Positions 1 to 10,901 are shown, numbered from the stretch's first letter. The stretch is DNA of 64,000 bases from Terriglobia bacterium (GCA_963695545.1 OY968796.1:2432001-2496000), one strand, 5' to 3'. Notes: a model not told the origin generated them from the sequence alone. Made by a program: numbers and translations.

Positions 1-513
1 AGCCGTGGTCTGCGGCGCTGTGGTTTGAGGCGTCACCGCTGGCGTTGACTGACTCTGTGACGCAGGCTGATCAGATTGCGCTGCGGGCATCTCGCTCGCG
101 TTGACTTGCGCCATTTGCGCAGGTTGCGAATTCGGATAGATAAATTCCTGTCCGAAATTGTCGCCCGGGTAGAACCACTCGGCGATGGCCGGTGGCTGGT
201 CCGCCGGGCGTTCCGCAAACCGGATCACTGAGCCGTCGTTCGCGTCGAGCCGGAAATCGGGAACCGCGAGAATGGTCGTGATCAGGCCACTTTGGTCATG
301 GTTAAAAATCTGCACGATATCTCGGTTGGATGGGCCGTCGGCAAGTTTGAAAACGTAGGTGCCGGGCCCGAGAACCGCTCCGGGAACCTGCACGGAATTT
401 GGAAAAGTCAAAACCGTCAACTTATCCCATTCGCCGGCGCGAGCTGTCTGATTCAGCGCGCAAAAAACCATGGCCACCGAAAACAGAAGCGCCAGCGTTC
501 GAATTGCCTTCAT
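1..513 (-). CDS. Secreted conserved protein (Acidobacterial family, often with a C-terminal LPXTG-like tail); runs off the window edge
   Basis: Translated by hand from ATG 513: MKAIRTLALLFSVAMVFCALNQTARA-GEWDKLTVLTFPNSVQVPGAVLGPGTYVFKLAD...EWFYPGDNFGQEFLYP, then a Q/T/P/A-rich linker; signal peptide; GGAGG RBS. Absent from the ORF track because it has no stop in the window. Confidence 0.8.
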   Translation of the reverse strand, partial: MKAIRTLALLFSVAMVFCALNQTARAGEWDKLTVLTFPNSVQVPGAVLGPGTYVFKLADGPSNRDIVQIFNHDQSGLITTILAVPDFRLDANDGSVIRFAERPADQPPAIAEWFYPGDNFGQEFIYPNSQPAQMAQVNASEMPAAQSDQPASQSQSTPAVTPQTTAPQTTA

Positions 514-646
514 TGAAGTTTCCTCCGTATGAAAGTTTTAGCTGCGCGCAAGTCCGCGGGCCGGGGCGAGCCTTGCAGCGGTCGCCGGGGCGGGAAGAAC
601 AATCTCGGCGGCCGGTTCGGTAAAATGCGCCGAACGCTGTGCTAGC

Positions 647-662
647 TGCAATGCAGGTTCCA
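647..662 (-). promoter_or_regulatory. Putative sigma54 (-24/-12) promoter for the 1..513 gene
   Basis: Minus strand reads TGGAAC-CTGCA-TTGCA versus consensus TGGCAC-N5-TTGCW, about 135 bp upstream of the ATG. Confidence 0.55.
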
Positions 663-915
663 CACGGGATGCTTATTTAACCAGTTTAGAATGAGCGACA
701 TCCGGCCTGAGTGTCAGTGAAACCCCGTATCCCCGAGCGTCTGTAATTCTTACGGACCTGAGGCGATTCCTGCCACTCTTCGCATTCTCCAACTGGAGTC
801 TGAATGTTGGCGGCAGGATGGTGCTATCGTACGCGAGCTGGATTTTGATCGTCTGAAGGCCAAGGCGACATTACTGGATCGCCGCCGGACGCCGCGCCAC
901 CGGAAAGGAACGTCA

Positions 916-1875
916 ATGCGCCTTGGAATTTTCACCGCCGTATTTGGCTCGCTCACACTCGACCAGGTGATCGCGCAGCTTCAAAAACTCGGAATCTCGA
1001 CCGTCGAGTTGGGCACGGGAGGATATCCCGGCGATTCGCATTGCAAACTCGAGATGTTGGAGAACGCGGCGGCGCGCGGCGAATTCCAAAAGAAGCTTGG
1101 CGATCACGGGATTTCGATCAGCGCGCTGAGTTGCCATGGGAATCCGCTGCATCCCGTCCCCGACGTGCGCGAGAAATTCGTGAACACTTCGCGGCGGACG
1201 ATCTTGCTCGCGGAAAAACTGGGCGTGAAAACGGTGATCGATTTCTCGGGGTGTCCCGGCGATTCCGACGCGGCAAAATTCCCGAATTGGGTGACGTGCC
1301 CCTGGCCGCCCGATTACACCGCGTTGCTGAAATGGCAGTGGGAAGAAAAGGCTCTCCCGTTCTGGATCGACCACGCGAAATTCGCCCGCGATCATGGCGT
1401 GCGCATTGCCATCGAGATGCATCCGGGATTTCTTGTGTATTCGCCGGAGAACATGCTTCGTCTGCGCGAAGCCGCTGGCGAGGCGGTGGGATGCAATTTC
1501 GATCCGAGCCATTTGTTCTGGCAGGGAATCGACCCGCTCGCGGCCGTTCGCCAGTTGGGCGACGCGATTTTTCACGTACACGCGAAGGACACCATGCTGT
1601 GGCAAGGCAACATCAATAAATCGGGCGTGCTTGACACCAAGCCGTACACCGACGAAATAAATCGCGCCTGGATTTTCCGCACCGTGGGCTACGGCCACGG
1701 CGAGGAATGGTGGAATACGTTCGTGAGCACGCTTCGGTTGGTCGGCTATGATGACGTGCTCTCGATCGAGCACGAGGACAGCCTGATGTCCATCGACGAG
1801 GGCATGGCGAAGGCTGCCGCGTTCTTGCACGGCGTGCTGCTGAAAGAGAAAGCCGCGAAGCCCTGGTGGGCGTGA
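916..1875 (+). CDS. Sugar phosphate isomerase/epimerase (xylose-isomerase-like TIM barrel)
   Basis: Metal-binding motifs [40 protein letters not shown]. Confidence 0.9.
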   Translation: MRLGIFTAVFGSLTLDQVIAQLQKLGISTVELGTGGYPGDSHCKLEMLENAAARGEFQKKLGDHGISISALSCHGNPLHPVPDVREKFVNTSRRTILLAEKLGVKTVIDFSGCPGDSDAAKFPNWVTCPWPPDYTALLKWQWEEKALPFWIDHAKFARDHGVRIAIEMHPGFLVYSPENMLRLREAAGEAVGCNFDPSHLFWQGIDPLAAVRQLGDAIFHVHAKDTMLWQGNINKSGVLDTKPYTDEINRAWIFRTVGYGHGEEWWNTFVSTLRLVGYDDVLSIEHEDSLMSIDEGMAKAAAFLHGVLLKEKAAKPWWA

Positions 1876-1901
1876 GTTCGGCGGACGAGGCGGCGAACAA
1901 A

Positions 1902-3074
1902 ATGGCGGAAATCAAAAAGCCGGAGATCGGTGTTGCACTGATCGGCACGAAATTCATGGGCCGCGCTCATAGCCACGCGTATTCCACGGTGGCGAATATT
2001 TTTCCGGATTGCCCGCGGCCGCGCATGCGCGTGATTTGCGGGCGCGACCGCGCCGTGGCCGAATCCATGGCCGCGCGCTTCGGGTGGGAGTCGGTGGAAA
2101 CAAGTTGGGAGCGCGTGCTCGAGCGCAAAGACGTGGACGTCGTGGATATTTCAACGCCGGGATATCTGCACAAGAGCATCGCGGTGGCCGCGGCGCAGGC
2201 CGGCAAGCACGTGCTTTGCGAAAAGCCGCTCGGCAACTCGGGCGCCGAAGCGCGCGAAATGCTCGATGCCGTCACGCGCGCGAAGGTCGTCAATGGAATC
2301 GTATTCAATTACCGGCGCGTGCCCGCGATCATGCTCGCAAAGCAATTGATCGAGAGCGGCCGATTGGGCCGCATCTTTCATTTTCGCGCGCGCTATCTGC
2401 AGGATTGGCTGGTGGACCCGCAATCGCCGCGCGGCTGGCGCCTCGACAAATCGCAAGCCGGCTCGGGCGCGCTCGGCGACCTGGGTGCGCACAGCGTCGA
2501 CCTTTGCCGCTACTTGGTCGGCGAGATAAGCGAAGTCACCGCGATGCTGCAGACCTTCATCAAGGAACGCCCGCTTCCCGCCGCGGACGCCGGCAGCGCG
2601 TGGGGCAGCGTCTCTGGAGCCGAACTCGCTCCCGTGACTGTCGATGACGCGGCGCTTTTCCTGGGCAAGGTCGAAGGCGGAGTGGCAGCGTCGTTCGAGG
2701 TCACGCGCTTCGCCGCCGGACGCCGCAATTCCAACACGTTTGAAGTCAACGGCAGCAAAGGTTCCGTGGCATTCAATCTCGAACGAATGAACGAGCTCGA
2801 ATATTACAATCGCGAAGATCCGCCGGAAGTCCGCGGTTTCCGCACCATCCTCGCGACCGAACCCGGCCATCACGCCTACATTTCAAATTGGTGGCCGCCG
2901 GGCCACATCATCGGTTACGAACACACTTTCACGCACACGATCTACGAATTCCTGAAGGGCGTCGAGCGAGGCGAGTCGCCTCAGCCCAACTTTTTCGATG
3001 GCTGGCGGAATAATATGATTCTCGATGCGGTGGAGCGCTCGGCGTCGTCGGGAAAATGGGAGTCGACGAGTTAG
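1902..3074 (+). CDS. Gfo/Idh/MocA NAD-dependent oxidoreductase (levoglucosan/glucose 3-dehydrogenase-like subfamily)
   Basis: [40 protein letters not shown]. Start taken at ATG 1902; GTG 1872 is an alternative. Confidence 0.9.
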   Translation: MAEIKKPEIGVALIGTKFMGRAHSHAYSTVANIFPDCPRPRMRVICGRDRAVAESMAARFGWESVETSWERVLERKDVDVVDISTPGYLHKSIAVAAAQAGKHVLCEKPLGNSGAEAREMLDAVTRAKVVNGIVFNYRRVPAIMLAKQLIESGRLGRIFHFRARYLQDWLVDPQSPRGWRLDKSQAGSGALGDLGAHSVDLCRYLVGEISEVTAMLQTFIKERPLPAADAGSAWGSVSGAELAPVTVDDAALFLGKVEGGVAASFEVTRFAAGRRNSNTFEVNGSKGSVAFNLERMNELEYYNREDPPEVRGFRTILATEPGHHAYISNWWPPGHIIGYEHTFTHTIYEFLKGVERGESPQPNFFDGWRNNMILDAVERSASSGKWESTS

Positions 3075-3143
3075 CGCGCGGCGAGCTTCTCATCGCCCCA
3101 TTTCATTTCGTAAAAATCGGCTAGCATGCGCGCCTGGGCGCGC

Positions 3144-5630
3144 TCAATCCGCATGCACGGAGTAGCTGCCCGGCCCCGTCAAGTCGACTTCGCGCCGTCC
3201 CTCGCCTTCAACCCAACGACTCGTCGGCGTTTTTCCGTCAACCGTGATTTCCGCCGTGGAGCTGGAGACTGGCAACGAGACCGTCGCCGTGGTTCCGGCA
3301 GGCAGTTCAATTTTGCCGTCGATTCCTTTTGCCGCGTGAAATTCCACGCGAATCTCGCCATTCGGAGTCGGCTGCGCGCCTTTCGCGTAGTCGAGTCCCA
3401 GCAGATTCGGCGCGATCATCACGGTGCGATAGCCGGGAGAAGTGACCTCAATTCCCAGAACATGTTCCGTCAGCCACGAAGTCGGTCCCGACGACCATCC
3501 GTGCGCCAGACTCACTTGATAGCCCATGCCGTTGTCCGCGTGTAGAAAATTGTGGAAGTCGATTTTCTGCCAGCGCGGATCGTAGCCTTCCCAGAAGCTC
3601 GTCGCGCCTTCTTCGATCATCCCGCCCCACCACATGCGCAGAAAATTCATGGCGCCAGATAAGTCTCCGGCCTGGGCCATGGCTTCCAGAATGTAGTCGC
3701 CGTAGTATGGAGACACGTCGTAGTCGGGAAGTTTGCCCGCATCGATGTCGGTGAAAATTCGCTTCCGAATCGCCGCGGTTTCCGCGGGACTCGCGAGGCC
3801 GGAGTAAATGGCCATGGCGTTGGTTTGCCAGCGATCGCCGAACGTCCCGGTGCTCATGTCGAGCAGATTGAGTTCGGCGGCGCTGCGCAGAGCCATCGCG
3901 CGCTTTTCTGCGTCGTCGGCGCCCGCCGCGTCTCCCGTTTCGCGCAGCAGAAACGCGGCGTCGTGGAACGCGCGGTAATACTCGAACTGCGTGGCGCGGC
4001 GCGATTCCGGCGTGTCGCCGAACAGGCCGGACGACCAATCGACGAACGGCCACGCTCGGTGCTGGTTCGCAAACACATTGTTCGGATCGAGGTCCCCCGC
4101 CATGAAATTCAGCAGCTCGCGCAAATTCGGCAGCATCGCTTGCACGAATTCGAGCTTGCCCGTTTGACGATAATAATCCGCCAGTCCCATGATCCAGAAC
4201 GCGGAGTAGCCGGGAATTCCATTTACTTCCGCGCCCGCGTCGGTCACCGGATTTAGGCGCCGGATCGTGTCTTCCATCAGGAATTGATCGGCGAATGCCG
4301 TTTCGATCGTGCGCCCGCTCACGTCAAGATCGCCCATCCAGCGGCCCCGATCGCGCTTCGGCGCGTCCCAGATGTCGTCCTGCATGCACAGGTGCGCGGT
4401 GTACGCTCCGACTTGCCAGATGCGATTGAGCTGCGGGTCCGACGATTCAAACGAGCCGCGGTATTCCACGGGATAATAAATTCCATCCACCCGAATCTTG
4501 ACGAAGCGCAGTAGCGGTCCATCGCCAAAAAATTGCAGCTTCGCAAAACGAAACGAAGATTTTGGTCCGTGCACCGTAGCGTGCGGGGGAATCATAAGCG
4601 AGGCCACCCCGAGATACGGTTTCTTCACCGCTTCCTCATAAGATTCGCCGTAGCGCACGGTCATCCGAATCGGTTGATCGGAGGCGGAAATCACTTCGAT
4701 GCGCCCCGTGGTCTCCTGACCGAAATCGAGCACCAGGCTCGGCGCTTCTAACTCATCGAGAGTTCCCGGCGAACCGCCCGCGCCGGCGGGCAGCTCCACA
4801 CTGAAGATAATTTGCTTGTTCGCGAGCGAGCCGGTCAGCGCGCCGAGGTTGTGGAAATGGCCAATGCCCTCGAATGGATCGCGGACGGTTTTCGCCTCCA
4901 CCGGCACGTGCCCGAGAAACGCCGATATCCCGTCGTAACCCGGCCAGCGGTAAAGGCCGGTGTCGACGTTCCATTGAAACAGGTCGATGTTGCTCTCGGC
5001 TGAGCCGTAGCTCACCGCGGGTTCCCAATCGCCGTCCGCGAAGCTCGGCTTCTCCCAGCCATCCTTCGCGTTCACGGCGACCTTCCACGATGGCCCGCTA
5101 ATCAACAGCGCCGGGCGATCCAGTTGTGGCCCCGCCGGCACAAGTTTCGCGAGCAGGAGCACGCCTTGTCCGAGCGATTTCGGGAAGCGTCGATTCACCT
5201 GCGCGACGGCCTGAATCGCGAACACATTTTCCCCGGCGCGTAGGAAGCGCGTCGCGTCAAGTTCAAACACTTTCGGGCGCAACGTCGCGTCCTGCGGCAC
5301 CGCGAAATCCGCCGCGCGCGCGCCGTTGATGAAGATCGTAGCCCGCGCCGGACCCGTGACGTAGAACGTTGCGCGCCGCGGCACAGTTTTCAGCATCACG
5401 CGCGCGCGGAAAAAGTGCGGCGCGATAACTTCGTCCGCCGTGTCTGCGCGCCAGATGAATTCTTCGGGAAGCGGATGGTGAATTTTCGTTTCGAGCGTGA
5501 GGTCTTTGGCGTTTGCCGCCGGATCGAGGGACGCCGGTGGCGGCACGTCCTGCGATCGCGCCGTCGCCGCGGCGGCGATAACTCCCGCGAGCAGAAGCAT
5601 CACACTCAAATCTTTCCGAATCATTGACAT
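3144..5630 (-). CDS. Alpha-L-rhamnosidase, GH78, secreted
   Basis: Signal peptide; LDFGQE, DAPKRDRGRWMGD, GATSFWE, SLAHGWSSGP. Confidence 0.88.
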   Translation of the reverse strand: MSMIRKDLSVMLLLAGVIAAAATARSQDVPPPASLDPAANAKDLTLETKIHHPLPEEFIWRADTADEVIAPHFFRARVMLKTVPRRATFYVTGPARATIFINGARAADFAVPQDATLRPKVFELDATRFLRAGENVFAIQAVAQVNRRFPKSLGQGVLLLAKLVPAGPQLDRPALLISGPSWKVAVNAKDGWEKPSFADGDWEPAVSYGSAESNIDLFQWNVDTGLYRWPGYDGISAFLGHVPVEAKTVRDPFEGIGHFHNLGALTGSLANKQIIFSVELPAGAGGSPGTLDELEAPSLVLDFGQETTGRIEVISASDQPIRMTVRYGESYEEAVKKPYLGVASLMIPPHATVHGPKSSFRFAKLQFFGDGPLLRFVKIRVDGIYYPVEYRGSFESSDPQLNRIWQVGAYTAHLCMQDDIWDAPKRDRGRWMGDLDVSGRTIETAFADQFLMEDTIRRLNPVTDAGAEVNGIPGYSAFWIMGLADYYRQTGKLEFVQAMLPNLRELLNFMAGDLDPNNVFANQHRAWPFVDWSSGLFGDTPESRRATQFEYYRAFHDAAFLLRETGDAAGADDAEKRAMALRSAAELNLLDMSTGTFGDRWQTNAMAIYSGLASPAETAAIRKRIFTDIDAGKLPDYDVSPYYGDYILEAMAQAGDLSGAMNFLRMWWGGMIEEGATSFWEGYDPRWQKIDFHNFLHADNGMGYQVSLAHGWSSGPTSWLTEHVLGIEVTSPGYRTVMIAPNLLGLDYAKGAQPTPNGEIRVEFHAAKGIDGKIELPAGTTATVSLPVSSSTAEITVDGKTPTSRWVEGEGRREVDLTGPGSYSVHAD

Positions 5631-5986
5631 ACCTCACCTCCGCACGCCGCTGCTCGCTCACGGCCAGATCCCGGCCAAAATGCCGGTATGCCCACGCCGA
5701 TTGCCAGTCGGTCCCTACGCCGCGGGATTCTATCGCGGAACGCCCGCCGCTGCGAACACTCCGCACCAGGGACGGCCGGGTTAAGAAGTCATAAAGATTC
5801 GCAAATTCGTGGCTTCAATTTTCGAATCGAGCCGAACCAAACAATCCATCGCCTGGCCTCTTGGAAGAATCGGCATTCGCGTCGACAATGGACCGCGCAA
5901 CGAACCAATTCAAATCTCACTCTTGTCCGGCGCCCGCGGTCGCTCCGCCTTTGACATGAGAATGGCTTGAAAAGCTGGTCAGGACT

Positions 5987-7345
5987 ATGCCCTCTATGCA
6001 CAACACGCCAGAGACTGAATTTCATTCCGATGAAGCGAAACCTGAAGCGACTCACGATGCGTTTACGGCCGCCTTGCCGGAAAAACCTCCGGGGAATTCC
6101 GAGACTTTGGACGGCACACCTCGAAAGCCAGAAGAGGGAAAAATGACAGCGCAAGCGAACGCTGAGAAGAAGAATCTGAAACACAAACTGAACGGCAAGA
6201 AAGACCCCGCCAAAGTACTGGGCGGAATTTTCACTGTGGTCGGACTGACTGACGAACCCGCGCGAGCAGCCATTCCCGAAAAACCGGTTGCCGTGAAAGA
6301 AGCAGCCCGAAAACAGCAAATGAAGCAATTGAAAGCCCAGCAGAAAGCGGAGAAGAAGAAACTAAAGAAGAAACTGAAGAAGAAGAAAAGCTCCACCAAA
6401 GTGCTGGCGGGATCCTTCCCCATGATCGAGCTGATTGACGAACAGGTGCGAACAGGCATTCCCGAAGAATTGGTTGCCAAGGTCAAGGATGCCAAGAGCA
6501 AAAAGCACATCATCAGCTCCACTTATCCCTATCCGAAACAGATGAAGAACGCGGATTATTTGGAGGAAATGGAACTTCTGCAAATTGAATTGGTGAAAAT
6601 GCAGACTTGGGTTCAGAAAGTTGGCGAGCGCATCGTGTTGCTCTTTGAAGGGCGCGATGCCGCGGGCAAGGGAGGCACGATCCAGCGCTTCACCGAAAAC
6701 CTAAATCCTCGCGGAGCCAAGGTCGTGGCCCTCGCCAAACCCTCGGACACCGAGCGTGGCCAGTGGTATTTCCAGCGCTACATCGAAAAGCTTCCCACCA
6801 AAGGCGAGATCGTCTTCTTCGATCGTTCCTGGTACAACCGCGGCGGCGTCGAACACGTGATGGGATTCTGCACGCCGCACGAATATCTGGAATTCATGCG
6901 CCAGACGCCCGAATTTGAACGCATGATGGTCCGCAGCGGGATTCGGCTTTACAAATTCTGGTTCTCTGTCAGCCGGGAGGAACAGCTACGCCGTTTTCTG
7001 GGCCGCGCGAAAGATCCCCTCAAGCAATGGAAGCTCAGCCCGATGGATGTGGAATCCCTCGGCAGGTGGGACTCCTATACGAAGGCCAAGGAAGCGATGC
7101 TCTTTTACACCGACACCGCGGACGCACCGTGGACCATCGTGCGCTCCGACGACAAGAAGCGCGCGCGTCTCAACGCGATCAAGTATATCCTTCACAGCAT
7201 TCCTTACGAGGGCAAGGACACCGACGTCGTCACGGCCCCCGATCCGCATATCGTCGGGTCGGCCAAAGCCATTTACGAGCACGGGGAACATCCCCAAGCG
7301 CACGCTCCCGCCGAGCACGCAAGAGCCGCCGCGGCTCACGCGTAA
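5987..7345 (+). CDS. ppk2: Polyphosphate kinase 2 with a long Lys-rich, internally duplicated N-terminal extension
   Basis: Walker A FEGRDAAGKGG, FDRSWYNR, WKLSPMD, SDDKKRARLN; start uncertain (5987 or 6143). Confidence 0.93.
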   Translation: MPSMHNTPETEFHSDEAKPEATHDAFTAALPEKPPGNSETLDGTPRKPEEGKMTAQANAEKKNLKHKLNGKKDPAKVLGGIFTVVGLTDEPARAAIPEKPVAVKEAARKQQMKQLKAQQKAEKKKLKKKLKKKKSSTKVLAGSFPMIELIDEQVRTGIPEELVAKVKDAKSKKHIISSTYPYPKQMKNADYLEEMELLQIELVKMQTWVQKVGERIVLLFEGRDAAGKGGTIQRFTENLNPRGAKVVALAKPSDTERGQWYFQRYIEKLPTKGEIVFFDRSWYNRGGVEHVMGFCTPHEYLEFMRQTPEFERMMVRSGIRLYKFWFSVSREEQLRRFLGRAKDPLKQWKLSPMDVESLGRWDSYTKAKEAMLFYTDTADAPWTIVRSDDKKRARLNAIKYILHSIPYEGKDTDVVTAPDPHIVGSAKAIYEHGEHPQAHAPAEHARAAAAHA

Positions 7346-7552
7346 CTTTGAATCGCGCTTTGTCGCCGACGCATCCAGACGGCGCGCAACGCACAACTCA
7401 GTTTTTTTCGATGAGCTTCTTCCGGTGAGTGAGTGTCGCGCCCGTCGAGTTCATGGGCGCGGCTTTATGCTTTAGCTTCGCGCGCGTTCTCTAATCTCTT
7501 CGCAGTTGCCCACGCACGCTCACGCCCGCGCGAACTCATCCCTCAGCTTGCC

Positions 7553-7589
7553 CGCTCGTCCTAAGGCCTGTTTTGGCCCAGGACGAGCG
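7553..7589 (-). terminator. Hairpin downstream of glnII, probable terminator
   Basis: CGCTCGTCCT...AGGACGAGCG perfect 10-bp stem about 15 bp after the glnII stop; no clear U tract. Confidence 0.4.
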
Positions 7590-7604
7590 AACAATGAGGT
7601 TGAA

Positions 7605-8639
7605 TCAATCAGCCGCCTGGGCGGTGGCCTTCGGGACGCCATTGATCGTCTTCAGAATGCGCGAGACGATCTGGTAGGGATCGGCTTCCGAATTCGGACG
7701 TCGATCTTCCAGGTAGCCCTTGTAACCGTTCTTGATGAAGTTAACAGGCAGCCGGACCGAAGCTCCGCGGTCCGAAAGACCGTAGCTGAACTTGTCGATG
7801 GCCTGCGTTTCGTGCAGACCCGTCAAGCGCAGATGGTTGTCCGGGCCATACGCCGCGATGTGCTCGGCCACGTTATCGGCGAACGATTTCATCAGCGCTT
7901 CCAAATAATCCTTGCCGCCGATTTCGCGGATGTATTTCGTGGAGAAGTTGCAGTGCATCCCCGATCCATTCCAGTCGCCCTTGATCGGTTTGCAATACAA
8001 CTCCACATCCACTTCATACTTTTCGCACAACCGCATCATCAGGTAGCGGGCAGTCCAGGTGTCGTCAGCCGCTTTGGTTGAGCCTTTGGCGAAGATCTGG
8101 AATTCCCACTGGCCTTTGGCGACTTCAGAGTTGATGCCTTCGTGATTGATGCCGGCCGTAAGACACAAATTCAAATGTTCATCGACGATTTGCCGGGCCG
8201 CATCGCCCATGTATTTGTAGCCCACGCCGCAGTAATACGGCCCTTGCGGAGTACTCGGCGTGCCGCCCTTCGGAAAGCCCAGCGGGCGCCCTTCTTTGTA
8301 CAGGAAATATTCCTGCTCAAAACCAACCCAGAAGTCGGGATCGTTCTCGATCGTAGCGCGCATGTTCGTCGAATGCGGCGTCAGATCGGCGTGCAGCACT
8401 TCGCTCAGAACGATGTAGCCGTCCTGGCGGCTTCCATCGGGGTACAGCGCCACGGGCTTTAGCACGCAGTCGGAACTCTTGCCCTCGGCCTGCATCGTAG
8501 AGCTTCCGTCAAAGCCCCAATTGGGCAGATCGCCAAGCGCGGGCGCCTTGTCAAACGACTTGATCAGAGTTTTGCCGCGCAGTTCGGGAACGGGCTTCTT
8601 ACCGTCAAGCCATATATATTCAAGTTTATATTTTGTCAT
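7605..8639 (-). CDS. glnII: Glutamine synthetase type II
   Basis: 344 aa; LEYIWLDG, WGFDGSST, GFEQEY, QGPYYCGVG, GQWEFQ, DWNGSGMHCNFST, RLTGLHET, YLEDRRP. Confidence 0.93.
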   Translation of the reverse strand: MTKYKLEYIWLDGKKPVPELRGKTLIKSFDKAPALGDLPNWGFDGSSTMQAEGKSSDCVLKPVALYPDGSRQDGYIVLSEVLHADLTPHSTNMRATIENDPDFWVGFEQEYFLYKEGRPLGFPKGGTPSTPQGPYYCGVGYKYMGDAARQIVDEHLNLCLTAGINHEGINSEVAKGQWEFQIFAKGSTKAADDTWTARYLMMRLCEKYEVDVELYCKPIKGDWNGSGMHCNFSTKYIREIGGKDYLEALMKSFADNVAEHIAAYGPDNHLRLTGLHETQAIDKFSYGLSDRGASVRLPVNFIKNGYKGYLEDRRPNSEADPYQIVSRILKTINGVPKATAQAAD

Positions 8640-8912
8640 GAGGTGATTCGGGTCCTTTCAGATGCCCGAGTTGCGCACTATATGACGCCGGAGTCGGACG
8701 TGTACAAGTCTTTAAGTCGATTTTGCCAATCTGTTTTTCTTCTGGAACTAGGCCGCCACCGAGCCCCGGCCACGACGCCCGGCGTGGATTTCGGCGTGTC
8801 GTCCGGTAGAATGGCGTGCAGGCGCGTTGCCGCATCTCCGTTCTGCGGCGGAGCCCACCTTCGGCCACGCGTCCGGGTAAATAGATCGGTTTCGCGATCG
8901 GGAGTTCACATC

Positions 8913-9728
8913 ATGATTCGTTTTGCCGCATGCTTAGCCGCGCTTGGGGCGCTGTTTGCTCTCGTCGCCGCGCGCCCTGCCGCGCCCACCTGCCCGACGT
9001 ACGAGAACCTCAACGCCACGCTGTGGATGCAAACCGCCGTCGAGTACAAGGCCAGCACCCTGGAAACCTATCACGTGGCCGAGGCCGCGCTCGTGCGCGG
9101 CCTCGCCGATCGTCACTCGACGGCGGCGCTCGAGCAGACCGGAAATTTCGAGAATCTTCCGCCAGCCGTGGTTCTGGATCTCGACGAAACCGTCCTGGAT
9201 AATTCTCCCTTTGAAGCGCGCCTGGTCGCGTCCGGGTCGCCATGGTCCAGAGACGCCTGGCTCGCGTGGGTCAAAGAAGAAAACGCGACCCTGATTCCCG
9301 GCGCCATCGACTTCCTCGACTTCGCCCGCGATAAGCACGTCGCGCCCATCTACATCACCAATCGCGCCTGCGATCCCACAAATGACGACGATCCCACCGT
9401 GCAGCAATTGCGCAAACTCAAATTGCCCCTCGCCACCGGCGCCGATTGGCTGCTGTGCGAGCAGCCCGGCGCGGGCCCCGATAAGACCTCGCGCCGCGCC
9501 GAAGTCGCTCTCCACTATCGCATCCTGCTCATGTTTGGCGATCAGCTCGGAGATTTTCTCGGCATCCCCAAAGCCTCCGCGAGTCTCGCCGGCCGCGAAA
9601 AACTTTTTGAGGATCACCAGGCCATGTGGGGCGACCGTTGGTTTCAATTGCCGAATCCGACGTACGGTTCCTGGGAAGCCGCGATGGGCTACACGGTAGC
9701 GGAAAAATTGCCGTACCTCCGGCAATAG
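8913..9728 (+). CDS. HAD class C acid phosphatase / 5'-nucleotidase, e(P4)-like, secreted
   Basis: DLDETVLDN, ITNR, FGDQLGDF, LPNPTYGSWE; signal peptide from ATG 8913 with GGAG RBS. Confidence 0.87.
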   Translation: MIRFAACLAALGALFALVAARPAAPTCPTYENLNATLWMQTAVEYKASTLETYHVAEAALVRGLADRHSTAALEQTGNFENLPPAVVLDLDETVLDNSPFEARLVASGSPWSRDAWLAWVKEENATLIPGAIDFLDFARDKHVAPIYITNRACDPTNDDDPTVQQLRKLKLPLATGADWLLCEQPGAGPDKTSRRAEVALHYRILLMFGDQLGDFLGIPKASASLAGREKLFEDHQAMWGDRWFQLPNPTYGSWEAAMGYTVAEKLPYLRQ

Positions 9729-9905
9729 CCCGCCAAAATCCCGATCCGCGCCGCTCTCGCGCGAGGATTTTCCTAATCGCCACGCGCCGCGCTTTCACCT
9801 CGCCCGCGCGCCACGAATTCTTTCATTTCCCCCGCGATTGCGCGTATGCTCCTGCCGTCGCCGAGAGCAATCGAACCGTCACCCGGCGAAAGGAGCGCCG
9901 CGCTC

Positions 9906-10889
9906 ATGTTTGTCCCGCACACTTTCGCGCTTGCGCTCTTTATGACCGTGCTCAGCACCACCTGCTGGGGATCGTTCGCCAACACCTACAAGCTCACCAA
10001 GAATTACCGCTTCGAACTTTATTATTGGGATTACGCCTTCGGAATTTTTCTGATCTCCGTGATTCTCGCCTTCACGCTGGGATCGATCTACGGCGGCGCA
10101 TCGAGCTTCCTCCCGAATCTCCACTCCGCCGCGCCCATCAATCTGTTCTACGCAATGGTGGCTGGCTTTCTCTTCAACATCGCGAATTTCCTGCTGATTG
10201 CTGGCATCGAAATGGTGGGCCTGGCCATCGCGTTTCCCACTTCCATCGGCATCGCGCTTGTCGAAGGCGTCGTCCTCAGCTACGCGATCCAGCCAAAAGG
10301 TAACACCAGCCTGCTCGCCCTCGGCGTCGCCTCCGCCGTCCTCGCCGTGATCCTGATCGGCAAAGCGTACGGCGCGCGCGCCGGTGCCAATCGCGCGACG
10401 TCCTCGCGCAAAGGAGTCGTGGTCTGCATCGTCTCCGGCTTGCTGATGGGCACGTTCGCGCCCTTCGTCACGCGCGCCATGACGGCCGCCCAGCCGCTCA
10501 CGCCCTACACCGTAGCCGTTTTTTTCACACTCGGCTCGCTCGTGTGCTGTTTCCCGTTCAATATGATCTTGATGAAGTGGCCGCTCGTCGGCCAACCCAT
10601 CGGTCTCGGCGAATATTTTCGCGCCTCCGCGTATTATCATTTTCTCGGTTTGCTCGGCGGAGCGATCTGGGGCCTCGGCACGGTTTCCAATTTCGTCGCC
10701 GCAGGATTCGTCGGCGTCGCGATTTCCTACGCCATCGGCCAAGCCTCTCCCATGGTCGCCACGCTTTGGGGTGTCCTCGTCTGGCACGAGTTTCGCAACG
10801 CCGGTGGTCGCTCCAAGGGCTACCTTGCCGGCATGGTTTTCTTCTACCTTCTAGCGCTGGTGTTGATCGCCATGGCCATCAAGTCGTAA
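9906..10889 (+). CDS. DMT-superfamily sugar/ureide transporter (GRP-like), probably for ribose or nucleosides
   Basis: About 10 TM segments; CWGSFANT, RFELYYWDY, ISYAIGQ, LWGVLVWHEF; directly upstream of ribokinase. Confidence 0.8.
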   Translation: MFVPHTFALALFMTVLSTTCWGSFANTYKLTKNYRFELYYWDYAFGIFLISVILAFTLGSIYGGASSFLPNLHSAAPINLFYAMVAGFLFNIANFLLIAGIEMVGLAIAFPTSIGIALVEGVVLSYAIQPKGNTSLLALGVASAVLAVILIGKAYGARAGANRATSSRKGVVVCIVSGLLMGTFAPFVTRAMTAAQPLTPYTVAVFFTLGSLVCCFPFNMILMKWPLVGQPIGLGEYFRASAYYHFLGLLGGAIWGLGTVSNFVAAGFVGVAISYAIGQASPMVATLWGVLVWHEFRNAGGRSKGYLAGMVFFYLLALVLIAMAIKS

Positions 10890-10901
10890 GCCGGGGACTC
10901 C

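Noticed and set aside
8863..8908. Partial dif-like match (GTCCGGGTAA...GATCGGGAGTT)
   Set aside because: Arm spacing is wrong, and the GGAG is better explained as the phosphatase RBS.
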